A DNA stretch of 64,000 nt from an uncultured Clostridia bacterium. GTDB taxonomy: Bacteria; Bacillota_I; Bacilli_A; RF39; UBA660. Both the position numbers and the translations under genes were made by a program. This document shows positions 56,166-64,000 of this stretch, one piece after another (the first letter of the stretch is position 1; every line of letters starts with the position of its first letter). The stretch spans positions 9,708 through 73,707 of the forward strand of contig CAMJWT010000005.1 in assembly GCA_946409545.1 (NCBI GenBank), read 5' to 3'. Under the pieces are notes generated by a model that was not told where the DNA came from, searched no databases, and saw only the letters and a program-made list of their open reading frames with translations.

Positions 56166-58016
56166 CTACTTTGATATTAAATCACAGACAATATCTGTCA
56201 ATTCATTTGCGTCATCAACACTTAATCCATTAATTAATCTTGCCATATTATAAAGTACTTTTGTATAGTTCTTTACCTCATCTTCTTTCTTATTTTCATA
56301 TAACTCAATTAATTTATTATATACTTCATGATTTGTATTAATCTCTAACACTTTATTTGCTTTAATCATATCGCCATTTGGCATTGCTTTAAAGGCTTTT
56401 TCCATTTCAATAGATACTTCACCTTCAGATACTAATGCTACTGGATGATTCTTTAATTTATCACTAAATTTGATATTAGAAATATCTAAAGCTTCTTTCA
56501 TAACTTTTAGTAAATCTTTATTATCATCATTTATCTTCTTAACTTCATCAGTTTCTTTATCATCTGTTTTTTCATCAAGAACATTTACAAAGTCATGTCC
56601 TTCAAATCTAGTCATTGCTTTTAATGTAAACTCATCTAAGTAATCCGTTAAGAATAAAACTTCATGACCACTTTCAATCATATTTTCTACTTGTGGCATA
56701 TTCTTAATCTTAGCAATTGATTCACCACTTGCATAATAAATCTTTGTATCATCGCTAGACAATCTACTATGATATTCAGCGAGTGTTGTTAATTTATCAT
56801 CTTTGCTTGAATAGAATAGTAACAAATCTTGTAATAATTCTTTATTATTTCCATAACTAGAATAAATACCATATTTAATTTGTGAACCAAAAGCTTCAAA
56901 AAATTTTTCATAAGTTTCACGATCTTCTTTTTGAAGTTCTATTAATTCTTTTTTAATCTTTGATTCAATACTTCTAGCAATATTTTTAACTTGATGATTT
57001 TGTTGCATAGTTTCTCTTGATATATTAAGATCAATATCTTCAGAATCAACAATACCTTTTACGAAACTAAAGTAATCAGGTAGTAGTTCACTACACTTAT
57101 CAGTGATTAATACTCCTTTAGAATATAACTCTAAGCCTTTTTCAAAATCTTTAGTGTAATAATCCATTGGAGCATGACTTGGAATAAATAATAAAGCATC
57201 ATAACTACATAAACCTTCTACTTTACTTTTAATAACCTTAGCAGGTTTTTCATAATCATAGAACCTGTCAGTATAGAAGTTATCATAATCTTCATCTTTA
57301 ACATCTTTTTTATCTTTTTTCCAAATAGGAACCATACTATTAACAGTTGTTTCTTCTAATTTTTCTTTATCCTTTTCACCAACCATTAAGTCCATCACTA
57401 TTGGATATGTAATATAATCAGAATACTTAGTAATAATTCTTCTTAAATTATATTCATCTAAATATTCACTATATTTATGATTATCATTATCATCTTTTAA
57501 ATATAATGTAATCTTTGTACCATTAGTATCAAGTTCACTCTTTTCAATAGTGTAACCATCAACACCTTCAGAAGTCCAAAGATAAGCTTCATCACTGTCA
57601 ATACTACGTGATATTACTTCTACTTTTTTAGAAACCATAAAGCTTGAATAGAAACCAACACCAAATTGACCAATGATATCAATATTTTCTTTCTTTTCAT
57701 TCTCTAACTTAAATAACTCACTACCACTTTTAGCAATCGTACCTAAGTTTGTTTCTAATTCTTCTTTTGTCATACCAATACCATTATCAAAAATAGTAAT
57801 TGTACGATTATCTTTATCAAAACTTACTTTGATTTTTAAATCATCTTTTTTAATTTTTAATTTTTTATCGGTTAGTGACCTGTAATATAATTTATCAAGT
57901 GCATCACTACCATTTGATATTAATTCTCTTAAGAATATCTCTTCATTTGTATATATGGAATTAATCATCATATCAAGAATCTTCTTTGATTCTGTTTTAA
58001 ATTCTTTCTTTTTCAT
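56166..58016 (-). CDS. htpG: Molecular chaperone HtpG (Hsp90)
   Basis: FLRELISNGSDALDKLYY, DNGIGMT, GQFGVGFYS and the overall 616-aa length. Confidence 0.9.
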   Translation of the reverse strand: MKKKEFKTESKKILDMMINSIYTNEEIFLRELISNGSDALDKLYYRSLTDKKLKIKKDDLKIKVSFDKDNRTITIFDNGIGMTKEELETNLGTIAKSGSELFKLENEKKENIDIIGQFGVGFYSSFMVSKKVEVISRSIDSDEAYLWTSEGVDGYTIEKSELDTNGTKITLYLKDDNDNHKYSEYLDEYNLRRIITKYSDYITYPIVMDLMVGEKDKEKLEETTVNSMVPIWKKDKKDVKDEDYDNFYTDRFYDYEKPAKVIKSKVEGLCSYDALLFIPSHAPMDYYTKDFEKGLELYSKGVLITDKCSELLPDYFSFVKGIVDSEDIDLNISRETMQQNHQVKNIARSIESKIKKELIELQKEDRETYEKFFEAFGSQIKYGIYSSYGNNKELLQDLLLFYSSKDDKLTTLAEYHSRLSSDDTKIYYASGESIAKIKNMPQVENMIESGHEVLFLTDYLDEFTLKAMTRFEGHDFVNVLDEKTDDKETDEVKKINDDNKDLLKVMKEALDISNIKFSDKLKNHPVALVSEGEVSIEMEKAFKAMPNGDMIKANKVLEINTNHEVYNKLIELYENKKEDEVKNYTKVLYNMARLINGLSVDDANELTDIVCDLISK

Positions 58017-58051
58017 TATGTTTACCTCTCTTGTTTCTCATTACAATTACA

Positions 58052-58080
58052 ACTATAGTCCTAATTTTAGCACTTGTCAA
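58052..58080 (-). promoter_or_regulatory. Sigma-A-type promoter of htpG-hsp20 (TTGACA-17 nt-TATAGT)
   Basis: The minus strand has TTGACA (58080-58075) and TATAGT (58057-58052). The -35 hexamer spans the spacer/arm boundary of the CIRCE element. Confidence 0.55.
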
Positions 58081-58093
58081 TAGAGATTGCTAA
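58067..58093. promoter_or_regulatory. CIRCE-like HrcA operator
   Basis: TTAGCACTT-gtcaataga-GATTGCTAA compared with the consensus TTAGCACTC-N9-GAGTGCTAA has one mismatch per arm. It overlaps the htpG promoter. Confidence 0.6.
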
Positions 58094-58148
58094 TTTTATG
58101 TTAAATTGTTTTTTTTATACATTTTTAATGTATAATAATCTATGTATT

Positions 58149-58222
58149 TGTCCCATAGCCAAGTGGTAAGGCAGTGGACTCTGACTCCATGAGCGTTAGT
58201 TCGAATCTAACTGGGACAGCCA
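58149..58222 (+). tRNA. tRNA-Gln (anticodon CUG)
   Basis: Manual cloverleaf: acceptor stem TGTCCCA/TGGGACA, D-arm GCCAAGTGGTAAGGC, anticodon stem GTGGA/TCCAT with loop CTCTGAC, T-arm GTTCGAATC, and an encoded GCCA tail. It closely resembles E. coli tRNA-Gln. Confidence 0.85.
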
Positions 58223-58231
58223 ATAAAAAGA

Positions 58232-58255
58232 AAAAAGACTATTACTAGTCTTTTT
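58232..58255. terminator. Bidirectional terminator (tRNA-Gln / GNAT gene)
   Basis: Hairpin AAAAAGACTA-ttac-TAGTCTTTTT between convergent units. It overlaps the GNAT stop codon. Confidence 0.6.
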
Positions 58256-58751
58256 TTAATTTATATATCATTTCGGCACAGTCCCAATGTTCATCATGAA
58301 AAGTATATACATCTTTATCAATTCTAATAGTTTCAAAACCTACTTTTTGATAACAATGATAAGCTCCATCATTAATTGTAAATACTCCTAAATTTATTTC
58401 TTTAGGATGAAAGTTATTAATTGCATAATTAATAGCTTCGTTAATTAAAGCTTTTCCATAACCTTTACCTCTTATCCTTTTATCAACGATGATAAAACCA
58501 AGCCTTATTACATCTTGATTATTATCAGGATGTCTCATAATTAAATGACCTACTACTTTACCATCATCTACTAAAGTAAAAGGATAAAAATTATTATCGA
58601 TCATACAATCTTGATAATTATTATTAATATCATCACTAGTTACTGGATAATCTTTATAACGATCCATGCTCCATAATCTTAGTTCTCTTTCATTATCTAT
58701 CCATTTGATAATATCATCAGCATCATTTTTATTATAACTACGTAATTCCAT
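58245..58751 (-). CDS. GNAT-family N-acetyltransferase
   Basis: VDKRIRGKGYGKALINEAINYA is the acetyl-CoA motif A. I trimmed the ORF to MELRSYNKNDADDI (GGTGA RBS), which removes a spurious hydrophobic extension. Confidence 0.75.
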   Translation of the reverse strand: MELRSYNKNDADDIIKWIDNERELRLWSMDRYKDYPVTSDDINNNYQDCMIDNNFYPFTLVDDGKVVGHLIMRHPDNNQDVIRLGFIIVDKRIRGKGYGKALINEAINYAINNFHPKEINLGVFTINDGAYHCYQKVGFETIRIDKDVYTFHDEHWDCAEMIYKLKKD

Positions 58752-58800
58752 ATAAATCACCAAAATTAGTATAACAAAAAAAGTGTTTAATAACACTTTT

Positions 58801-59715
58801 TTATTCAATCGTCTTTAATTGTTTTGTTGTAAAGTCATATTCATAATTGTATACTTTTTGATTTGTTGCATAATCAACATCTTCAACAACAACTTTTAAT
58901 ACTGTATTAGTAATTACTACTGATTGTACATTACGATTATTTGTTTCAAGGATAGTATCACCAATTTCTCCAGTAATAGCAGCTAATTTTAAATTACCAT
59001 CATTATCTAAAACAACAAACTTATGATCATACATTGCTGGATAAACTTTTTTAACACTATTTAAATGTTCTAATAATGAATTATCTTGTTCAATAGATAA
59101 AACTCCTTTGTCATTAACAATATATACATCAGTATTATCTACTACACATCCAACTACGTTTTCAGCAACTACACTGTTATTATTTATATCAAATATTTGT
59201 CCTGAAGATTCTTTAATAACATAGAAATAACCTCTTGGGTATAGACGAATTAATGCTTCTCTTACACTTTCTTTATCCATTGCTTCAAAACTAAGTTCAT
59301 CATCAAATAAACTACGGTCTTTACTTGCTTCATAGAATGATGCGAAATTAGATTCGCCTTTTGTATATACTAAGCCATAGAATTCTTCACCAGCAAGCAT
59401 ATAGTTTTTAGCAACTGTAGGTAATTTAACTTCTTTATCTGTCTTTGTTGATAAATTAATTAAATGATAACCACCATCATTTACTAACGCAAATATTCCC
59501 GCTTGACTAGATAATGCACAATTAGCATTTTTACATTTATATTCATAATTGCCACCAGAATATGTGATTGATAAATTATTACCACTATTAGCTGGTTTCT
59601 TAGGTGTTTCATTCTTCTTAATTGACCATAATAGAATTAGTAATAAACCAGCTATTAAAACACCTGCTGCAATTAATCTAACTTTACCTTGATATTTTAA
59701 TTGTTCTTCTGTCAT
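58801..59715 (-). CDS. N-terminally anchored extracellular protein, unknown function
   Basis: 304 aa with the TM VRLIAAGVLIAGLLLILLWSI. The remainder has beta-rich composition. I recognised no motif. Confidence 0.45.
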   Translation of the reverse strand: MTEEQLKYQGKVRLIAAGVLIAGLLLILLWSIKKNETPKKPANSGNNLSITYSGGNYEYKCKNANCALSSQAGIFALVNDGGYHLINLSTKTDKEVKLPTVAKNYMLAGEEFYGLVYTKGESNFASFYEASKDRSLFDDELSFEAMDKESVREALIRLYPRGYFYVIKESSGQIFDINNNSVVAENVVGCVVDNTDVYIVNDKGVLSIEQDNSLLEHLNSVKKVYPAMYDHKFVVLDNDGNLKLAAITGEIGDTILETNNRNVQSVVITNTVLKVVVEDVDYATNQKVYNYEYDFTTKQLKTIE

Positions 59716-59806
59716 ATTATACCTCTTATATTCTTTCTAATATAATTATAAAGCAAAAAACAAAAAAAAGAACTATCTTATAATTCTTTTTTTTTACTTT
59801 ACATTA

Positions 59807-60751
59807 TTATTGACAATTATTTGATGCATAATTGTACATTGTCTTAGCCATGTTATTAGCTCTCGTCTGACAAGTTTTACTTGCATTAGCGGGAATTACA
59901 TATTGTCTACAGAAATTATTAGTCATCGTAACAACATCTTGATTACTCTTTAATGTATTATATGCTTTAGAATAACTTTTAGAAAGTTCATTCTTTAAAA
60001 ATTTAACTTGGCATTCAGCTGTTGTATAACTACTACCACAATAGTTTTTTAATTTAGTAAATCTTCCTTTATACCATTGAATAATTCCATAACATTTACC
60101 ACCACAACCATATTCATTAGGATTAAATCTAGTTTCATAATATACATTTGCCATAATAGCAGCCGTTGCAGTATTACTAAATCCATTGGCTTTTAGCGCT
60201 TGGCATACTTTCTTTTGGTTAGTACTTGCACTATATTTTGGAGTTGTCGTCTTTTTAGCAACCGTTTTCTTATTATATTTAGCAACAAGAGTTATATCAC
60301 TAGTAACTTCACTTTTAAAATCATACTTTTTATCATCTAGATACCATCCTTTAAAAGTATAACCACTTTTTGTAGGATCTTTAGGTTTCGTAACAAGTTT
60401 ATTTTCTTCAACAGTAATAACTTCTTCTTTTTTACCATTTTCGTATTTAAAAGTTACTTTATAATAAACAATATCTTTATCATAAACACCTACAATTTCA
60501 GCTTCATCATCTAACTTTGTTTCTAAGTCATATTCTTTACCATTGTATTCCCAATGATTAAAAGTATATCCATCAATATCAGGAGCTTCTGGTAATTCTT
60601 CTAACATTCCTCTTCTTGCTTCTAATACCGTATCTAATTTCCCATTAACAATAATTTTAACATCTACTTTGTAATTAAAGCTTTGATATATAAAATAAGT
60701 AATAGATATAACTCCTAAGAGTAAACAAATAATTGAGAGTTTTTTATACAT
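59807..60751 (-). CDS. Signal-anchored protein with two InlB-B/Listeria-Bacteroides repeats and a C-terminal phage-tail-lysozyme-like domain
   Basis: GYTFNHWEYNGKEYD and GYTFKGWYLDDKKYDF are Flg_new/InlB B-repeat signatures. The C-terminal NTATAAIMANVYYETRFNPNEYGCGGKCYGIIQWYKGRF resembles tail-lysozyme / muramidase-like domains. Confidence 0.55.
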   Translation of the reverse strand: MYKKLSIICLLLGVISITYFIYQSFNYKVDVKIIVNGKLDTVLEARRGMLEELPEAPDIDGYTFNHWEYNGKEYDLETKLDDEAEIVGVYDKDIVYYKVTFKYENGKKEEVITVEENKLVTKPKDPTKSGYTFKGWYLDDKKYDFKSEVTSDITLVAKYNKKTVAKKTTTPKYSASTNQKKVCQALKANGFSNTATAAIMANVYYETRFNPNEYGCGGKCYGIIQWYKGRFTKLKNYCGSSYTTAECQVKFLKNELSKSYSKAYNTLKSNQDVVTMTNNFCRQYVIPANASKTCQTRANNMAKTMYNYASNNCQ

Positions 60752-60813
60752 CTTGCACCTCTTGCTAGATATTATAACAAAATATGACTATAAAAGCAAA
60801 AAAAGATAGTAAA

Positions 60814-61107
60814 CTATCTTCTTCTTGGTATTACAGCATCTGGTCCAGAGAAACATATTAGAACATTTTTCTCTTTTTCTACAATACTTCTTACAGCACC
60901 CTCTTGATATGAAAATGACTCTATATCACAACCATTTTTATAACATACTTCTCTTAGGGCATCATCATATGCTTCAAAGTTACGAACTCTCTCAACAATA
61001 AAGGGCATAACTCTATCAACATCTTCCATAGTATACTTATCAATTTTAAAACTATTTACAGCATTGAAAATCATTTCTGCTCTTTTTTTCATATCTTCAT
61101 AAGTCAT
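60814..61107 (-). CDS. Hypothetical 97-aa protein
   Basis: The ORF starts 9 nt after the racemase stop. I recognised no motifs. Confidence 0.4.
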   Translation of the reverse strand: MTYEDMKKRAEMIFNAVNSFKIDKYTMEDVDRVMPFIVERVRNFEAYDDALREVCYKNGCDIESFSYQEGAVRSIVEKEKNVLICFSGPDAVIPRRR

Positions 61108-61116
61108 AATTATCTC

Positions 61117-61806
61117 CTATTTTAATTTTTTACCTGCATCGATAATTGTTTTATCTGCAAGTACTTTAAGTGAATCAATAATACGATTGTCACTATATAA
61201 ATCATTATCACGAACAATAACTGATAATTCCGTACAAGCTGTAATAACAATATCACAACCTGCCAAGAAATATTTATTAGCCACATTATAAAAATCTTTT
61301 TTGGAAACACTAATTCCTTTTTTTACTTTATTATATATTAAATCCATTACTTCATCATTAACATTATCTTCTGGATAATATATTTCTTTTTTTAAATATC
61401 TTTCATATATTTTAGCAAATAAAGTTCCTTTAGTAGCCATAATACCAACTTTCTTTATTCTTGGATTATTATTAACAATTTGTGATACTTCATAAGGCAT
61501 ATTAACTAAAGGAATACTAACACTATTTTTAATTTCATCATACATAAAATGACTAGTATTACATGGCATAACTAAAAAGTTACAACCGCAATTTTCTAAC
61601 ATTTTAGCATCTTTTATTAAATATGGTATAGGATTATCTTTACTATTATCTAAAATATATGCTGTTCTATCAGGAATTGTTGCATGATTAGATATTAACA
61701 TATCAACATGCTCTTGATCACAAGAAACATCCGTATTATCAATAACTAAATCAATAAAATCTGCTGTGGCTTTTGGACCTAAGCCCCCTAATACACCAAC
61801 TTTCAT
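61117..61806 (-). CDS. Aspartate/glutamate-family amino-acid racemase (likely aspartate racemase)
   Basis: GVLGGLGPKATADF, a first catalytic Cys in MPCNTSH and a second in ITACTELS. Length is 229 aa. Confidence 0.7.
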   Translation of the reverse strand: MKVGVLGGLGPKATADFIDLVIDNTDVSCDQEHVDMLISNHATIPDRTAYILDNSKDNPIPYLIKDAKMLENCGCNFLVMPCNTSHFMYDEIKNSVSIPLVNMPYEVSQIVNNNPRIKKVGIMATKGTLFAKIYERYLKKEIYYPEDNVNDEVMDLIYNKVKKGISVSKKDFYNVANKYFLAGCDIVITACTELSVIVRDNDLYSDNRIIDSLKVLADKTIIDAGKKLK

Positions 61807-61814
61807 TCTTCCTC

Positions 61815-63023
61815 CTAAAAATATTTTTTGAATTTTCTAATTTGATTATAATAAGCTTCTTTAATATAAATCCATCTTTTTAAATTCATATCTTTTTTAT
61901 AATACAAAGGATGTGTACATTTCTTTTCTTTCTTTAATGCTAAATATTCACGGACAATATCTTTATTAGAAATATATTTCTTAATAACATGATCTGGTAC
62001 TATTGAATATACCCAAGGATTATAAGGCAAATCAATTTTCTTTAAATCTTTACCATAAATATATTCATTAACAAGACATTCTGTGTAATTAGCGCCACTT
62101 GCCGTCATATAGAAGTTACTTCTTCCTAAACGAACATTAATCTCAAAATATTTATATTTACCATCACTACTATCATATTTAATATCAAAGTTAGCATAAC
62201 CTATATATTTACATTCTTTTAAGAATTTCTTAGCTTGTTCTAGAATTTCTCTTTCCATAGGTCTTGTTATTATTGCTACATAATTACCAATAGCTCCTGG
62301 TGTCTTCTCTTCTAAAATTGGTTGACCAAGAGATGCAAAGACAACTTCATGATTCTTATTACAATAACAAGTTAATACTCGCATATTATAGTCTTCACCT
62401 GGAACCATTTTCTGAAGACAAAAAGTATCTTCATAACTAGAATGATATACATTAGTTAGTACTTCATATAGTTCATCTTCATCTTTGATTCTAAAGATTT
62501 TCTTTTTACCAGTGAATTCAGCATAGTGCCATGTATTCTTATCACTATTTTTTGCAATTATTGGATAGTCCCAAGGAATTTCTACTTTTTCATAATTATC
62601 TTTAGTAACAACAATTGTTTCTGGATAATCCATCTTTAATTTCTCACACATTTTATAGAAATTATCTTTACGAACAATACTATCTAAGATATCTTTATCA
62701 ACATAAGGAACAATATAATCTTTACTTAATTCTTTTTTATATAAAACGATAATATCTACGTACCATTCAGAACAAGCAAGTAATATTTTTTTCTTATCTT
62801 TATATTCTTTAGCAAATTCTTTTAATTTATCTACTAGTTTTTCACCATTTAAATCTTTTATTGTTGTTTGGTCAATAATACTAGAGTTATTAGTAGCTCC
62901 TAATATTTCTTGACTAAATATTTTACTTATAACACCATACTTTTCATGAAAACTTCTAGCAATACTATATGTACCGATATCAGCTCCAATAAGTACTGGA
63001 ATAAATTCTTGATTATTAAACAT
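61815..63023 (-). CDS. ATP-grasp carboxylate-amine ligase, D-aspartate-ligase-like
   Basis: The N-terminus IPVLIGADIGTYSIARSFHEKYG and the central and C-terminal ATP-grasp elements (ANFDIKYD..YKYFEINVRLGRSN) indicate a COG3919-type enzyme. It sits directly upstream of a racemase, as in the Asl/racemase pairs of enterococci and lactococci. Confidence 0.55.
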   Translation of the reverse strand: MFNNQEFIPVLIGADIGTYSIARSFHEKYGVISKIFSQEILGATNNSSIIDQTTIKDLNGEKLVDKLKEFAKEYKDKKKILLACSEWYVDIIVLYKKELSKDYIVPYVDKDILDSIVRKDNFYKMCEKLKMDYPETIVVTKDNYEKVEIPWDYPIIAKNSDKNTWHYAEFTGKKKIFRIKDEDELYEVLTNVYHSSYEDTFCLQKMVPGEDYNMRVLTCYCNKNHEVVFASLGQPILEEKTPGAIGNYVAIITRPMEREILEQAKKFLKECKYIGYANFDIKYDSSDGKYKYFEINVRLGRSNFYMTASGANYTECLVNEYIYGKDLKKIDLPYNPWVYSIVPDHVIKKYISNKDIVREYLALKKEKKCTHPLYYKKDMNLKRWIYIKEAYYNQIRKFKKYF

Positions 63024-63086
63024 TTTTTTATCACCTTCTTACTCATTATATCAAAAAAGACTAGTATTAACTAGTCTAATTAACAA

Positions 63087-63764
63087 TTAACCAATAGCGT
63101 ATGGTAAACCACATCTACCTACTATTTTAGCTTTATTGATTTTCCAACTACCATTTTCTAACTTAAGAACCATTATATCATCTTCATTAGTTTCCATAAT
63201 AGTATCATCCACAATCGTCATAATTGTAATATGATAACTTAATTCAATAGTATCATTGGTACGATTTAATATTTTAAAATCACTATACATTACTTTATTA
63301 CCAGTTGATTCACACTTACCATCAAAATAATAAGAATCATTAAGTTTTAAATAAACCGGCTTATTAGGATCTTCAGTTGTTAGTTTATTTTCATCATAAT
63401 CATAATAATTATATAAATCATCAAGAGTTATATTACTTGTAAACAAATCATGAAGTTCAAAGAATGAATTTTCTACATAATAAGCTTCTTTATCCGAATA
63501 AGATATTTTCTCTTCTGAATCAACTAATAGATTTTCATAATAAGCTGTATATCCTTTTAATAAACTTTCAGCAATTTCTTCACTATTATCATCATCTTCA
63601 TTATTACTTGTAGGAACACTTAAAGGTTTTATTTTTTCTTCAACAGGTTTATCACTAAAGATATAGAAAGTTGAGAATCCTAAAAACAAACCTACTATTA
63701 ATAGTACTACTGAATATATTATAAGTTTTTTCTTGTTTTTTCTTACATTTTCAACACTATCCAT
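63087..63764 (-). CDS. N-terminally anchored extracellular protein, unknown function
   Basis: 225 aa with the TM LIIYSVVLLIVGLFLGFSTFYIF and an acidic linker. I recognised no motifs. Confidence 0.45.
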   Translation of the reverse strand: MDSVENVRKNKKKLIIYSVVLLIVGLFLGFSTFYIFSDKPVEEKIKPLSVPTSNNEDDDNSEEIAESLLKGYTAYYENLLVDSEEKISYSDKEAYYVENSFFELHDLFTSNITLDDLYNYYDYDENKLTTEDPNKPVYLKLNDSYYFDGKCESTGNKVMYSDFKILNRTNDTIELSYHITIMTIVDDTIMETNEDDIMVLKLENGSWKINKAKIVGRCGLPYAIG

Positions 63765-63843
63765 ACTACCACCAACTATATTATATAATGATTATAAAAT
63801 TTAGTAAACAAAAAGAACCTTTAAAAGGTTCTAATTTAACAAA

Positions 63844-64000
63844 CTAATTTACAGCATCTTTTAATGCAGTTCCAGCTTTGAAAGTAACAGCCTTTCTTGC
63901 AGGAATTTTAATAGTTTCACCAGTACGTGGGTTACGAGCTTCACGAGCATTTCTCTTAGAAACTGCGAAAGTTCCGAATCCAACTAGTGGTACTCTATCT
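63844..64000 (-). CDS. hup: DNA-binding protein HU, C-terminal part; the 5' end runs off the right edge
   Basis: The minus-strand translation ..[50 protein letters not shown] covers the HU arm and C-terminus. Confidence 0.85.
   Translation of the reverse strand, partial: DRVPLVGFGTFAVSKRNAREARNPRTGETIKIPARKAVTFKAGTALKDAVN

Overview
This is a very AT-rich chromosomal segment that reads cleanly in the standard genetic code. It looks like a low-GC, cell-walled Firmicute; Erysipelotrichia-like is only a guess. I call 56 protein genes, 53 of them on the minus strand, plus one tRNA-Gln(CUG) on the plus strand. I saw no rRNA, CRISPR array, transposase or integrase. From left to right the window contains: addB-addA; a dimeric-type dUTPase pair; three tandem paralogs of giant N-terminally anchored surface proteins (Big_2 Ig-like repeats plus an unassigned six-cysteine ~70-aa module); a cluster of membrane proteins that pair cytoplasmic zinc ribbons with extracellular protease folds (C11, HExxH, trypsin-like); an esterase and two flavoproteins; and rarA with a Y-family polymerase and yolD. 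The most unusual locus follows. Two diverged full-length rtcB RNA-ligase paralogs form direct repeats around a self-contained cassette encoding three small WXG/LXG/Lap-like helical proteins, a 1264-aa polymorphic-toxin-like protein and a small immunity-like protein. Next to it lie a metallophosphoesterase and a P-loop kinase/pyrophosphatase fusion. The remainder holds a fused MacB-type ABC transporter; a housekeeping block (secG, trmD, rimM, SpoU methylase, recX, tsaC/sua5, tgt); two paralogous membrane proteins behind a structured terminator-containing leader; a surface Big_2-tyrosine-phosphatase; a CIRCE-controlled htpG-hsp20 operon; a lysozyme-like wall protein; a D-Asp ligase/racemase pair; and a partial hup. 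All functional calls come from reading motifs in the translations by eye. No database search was run.
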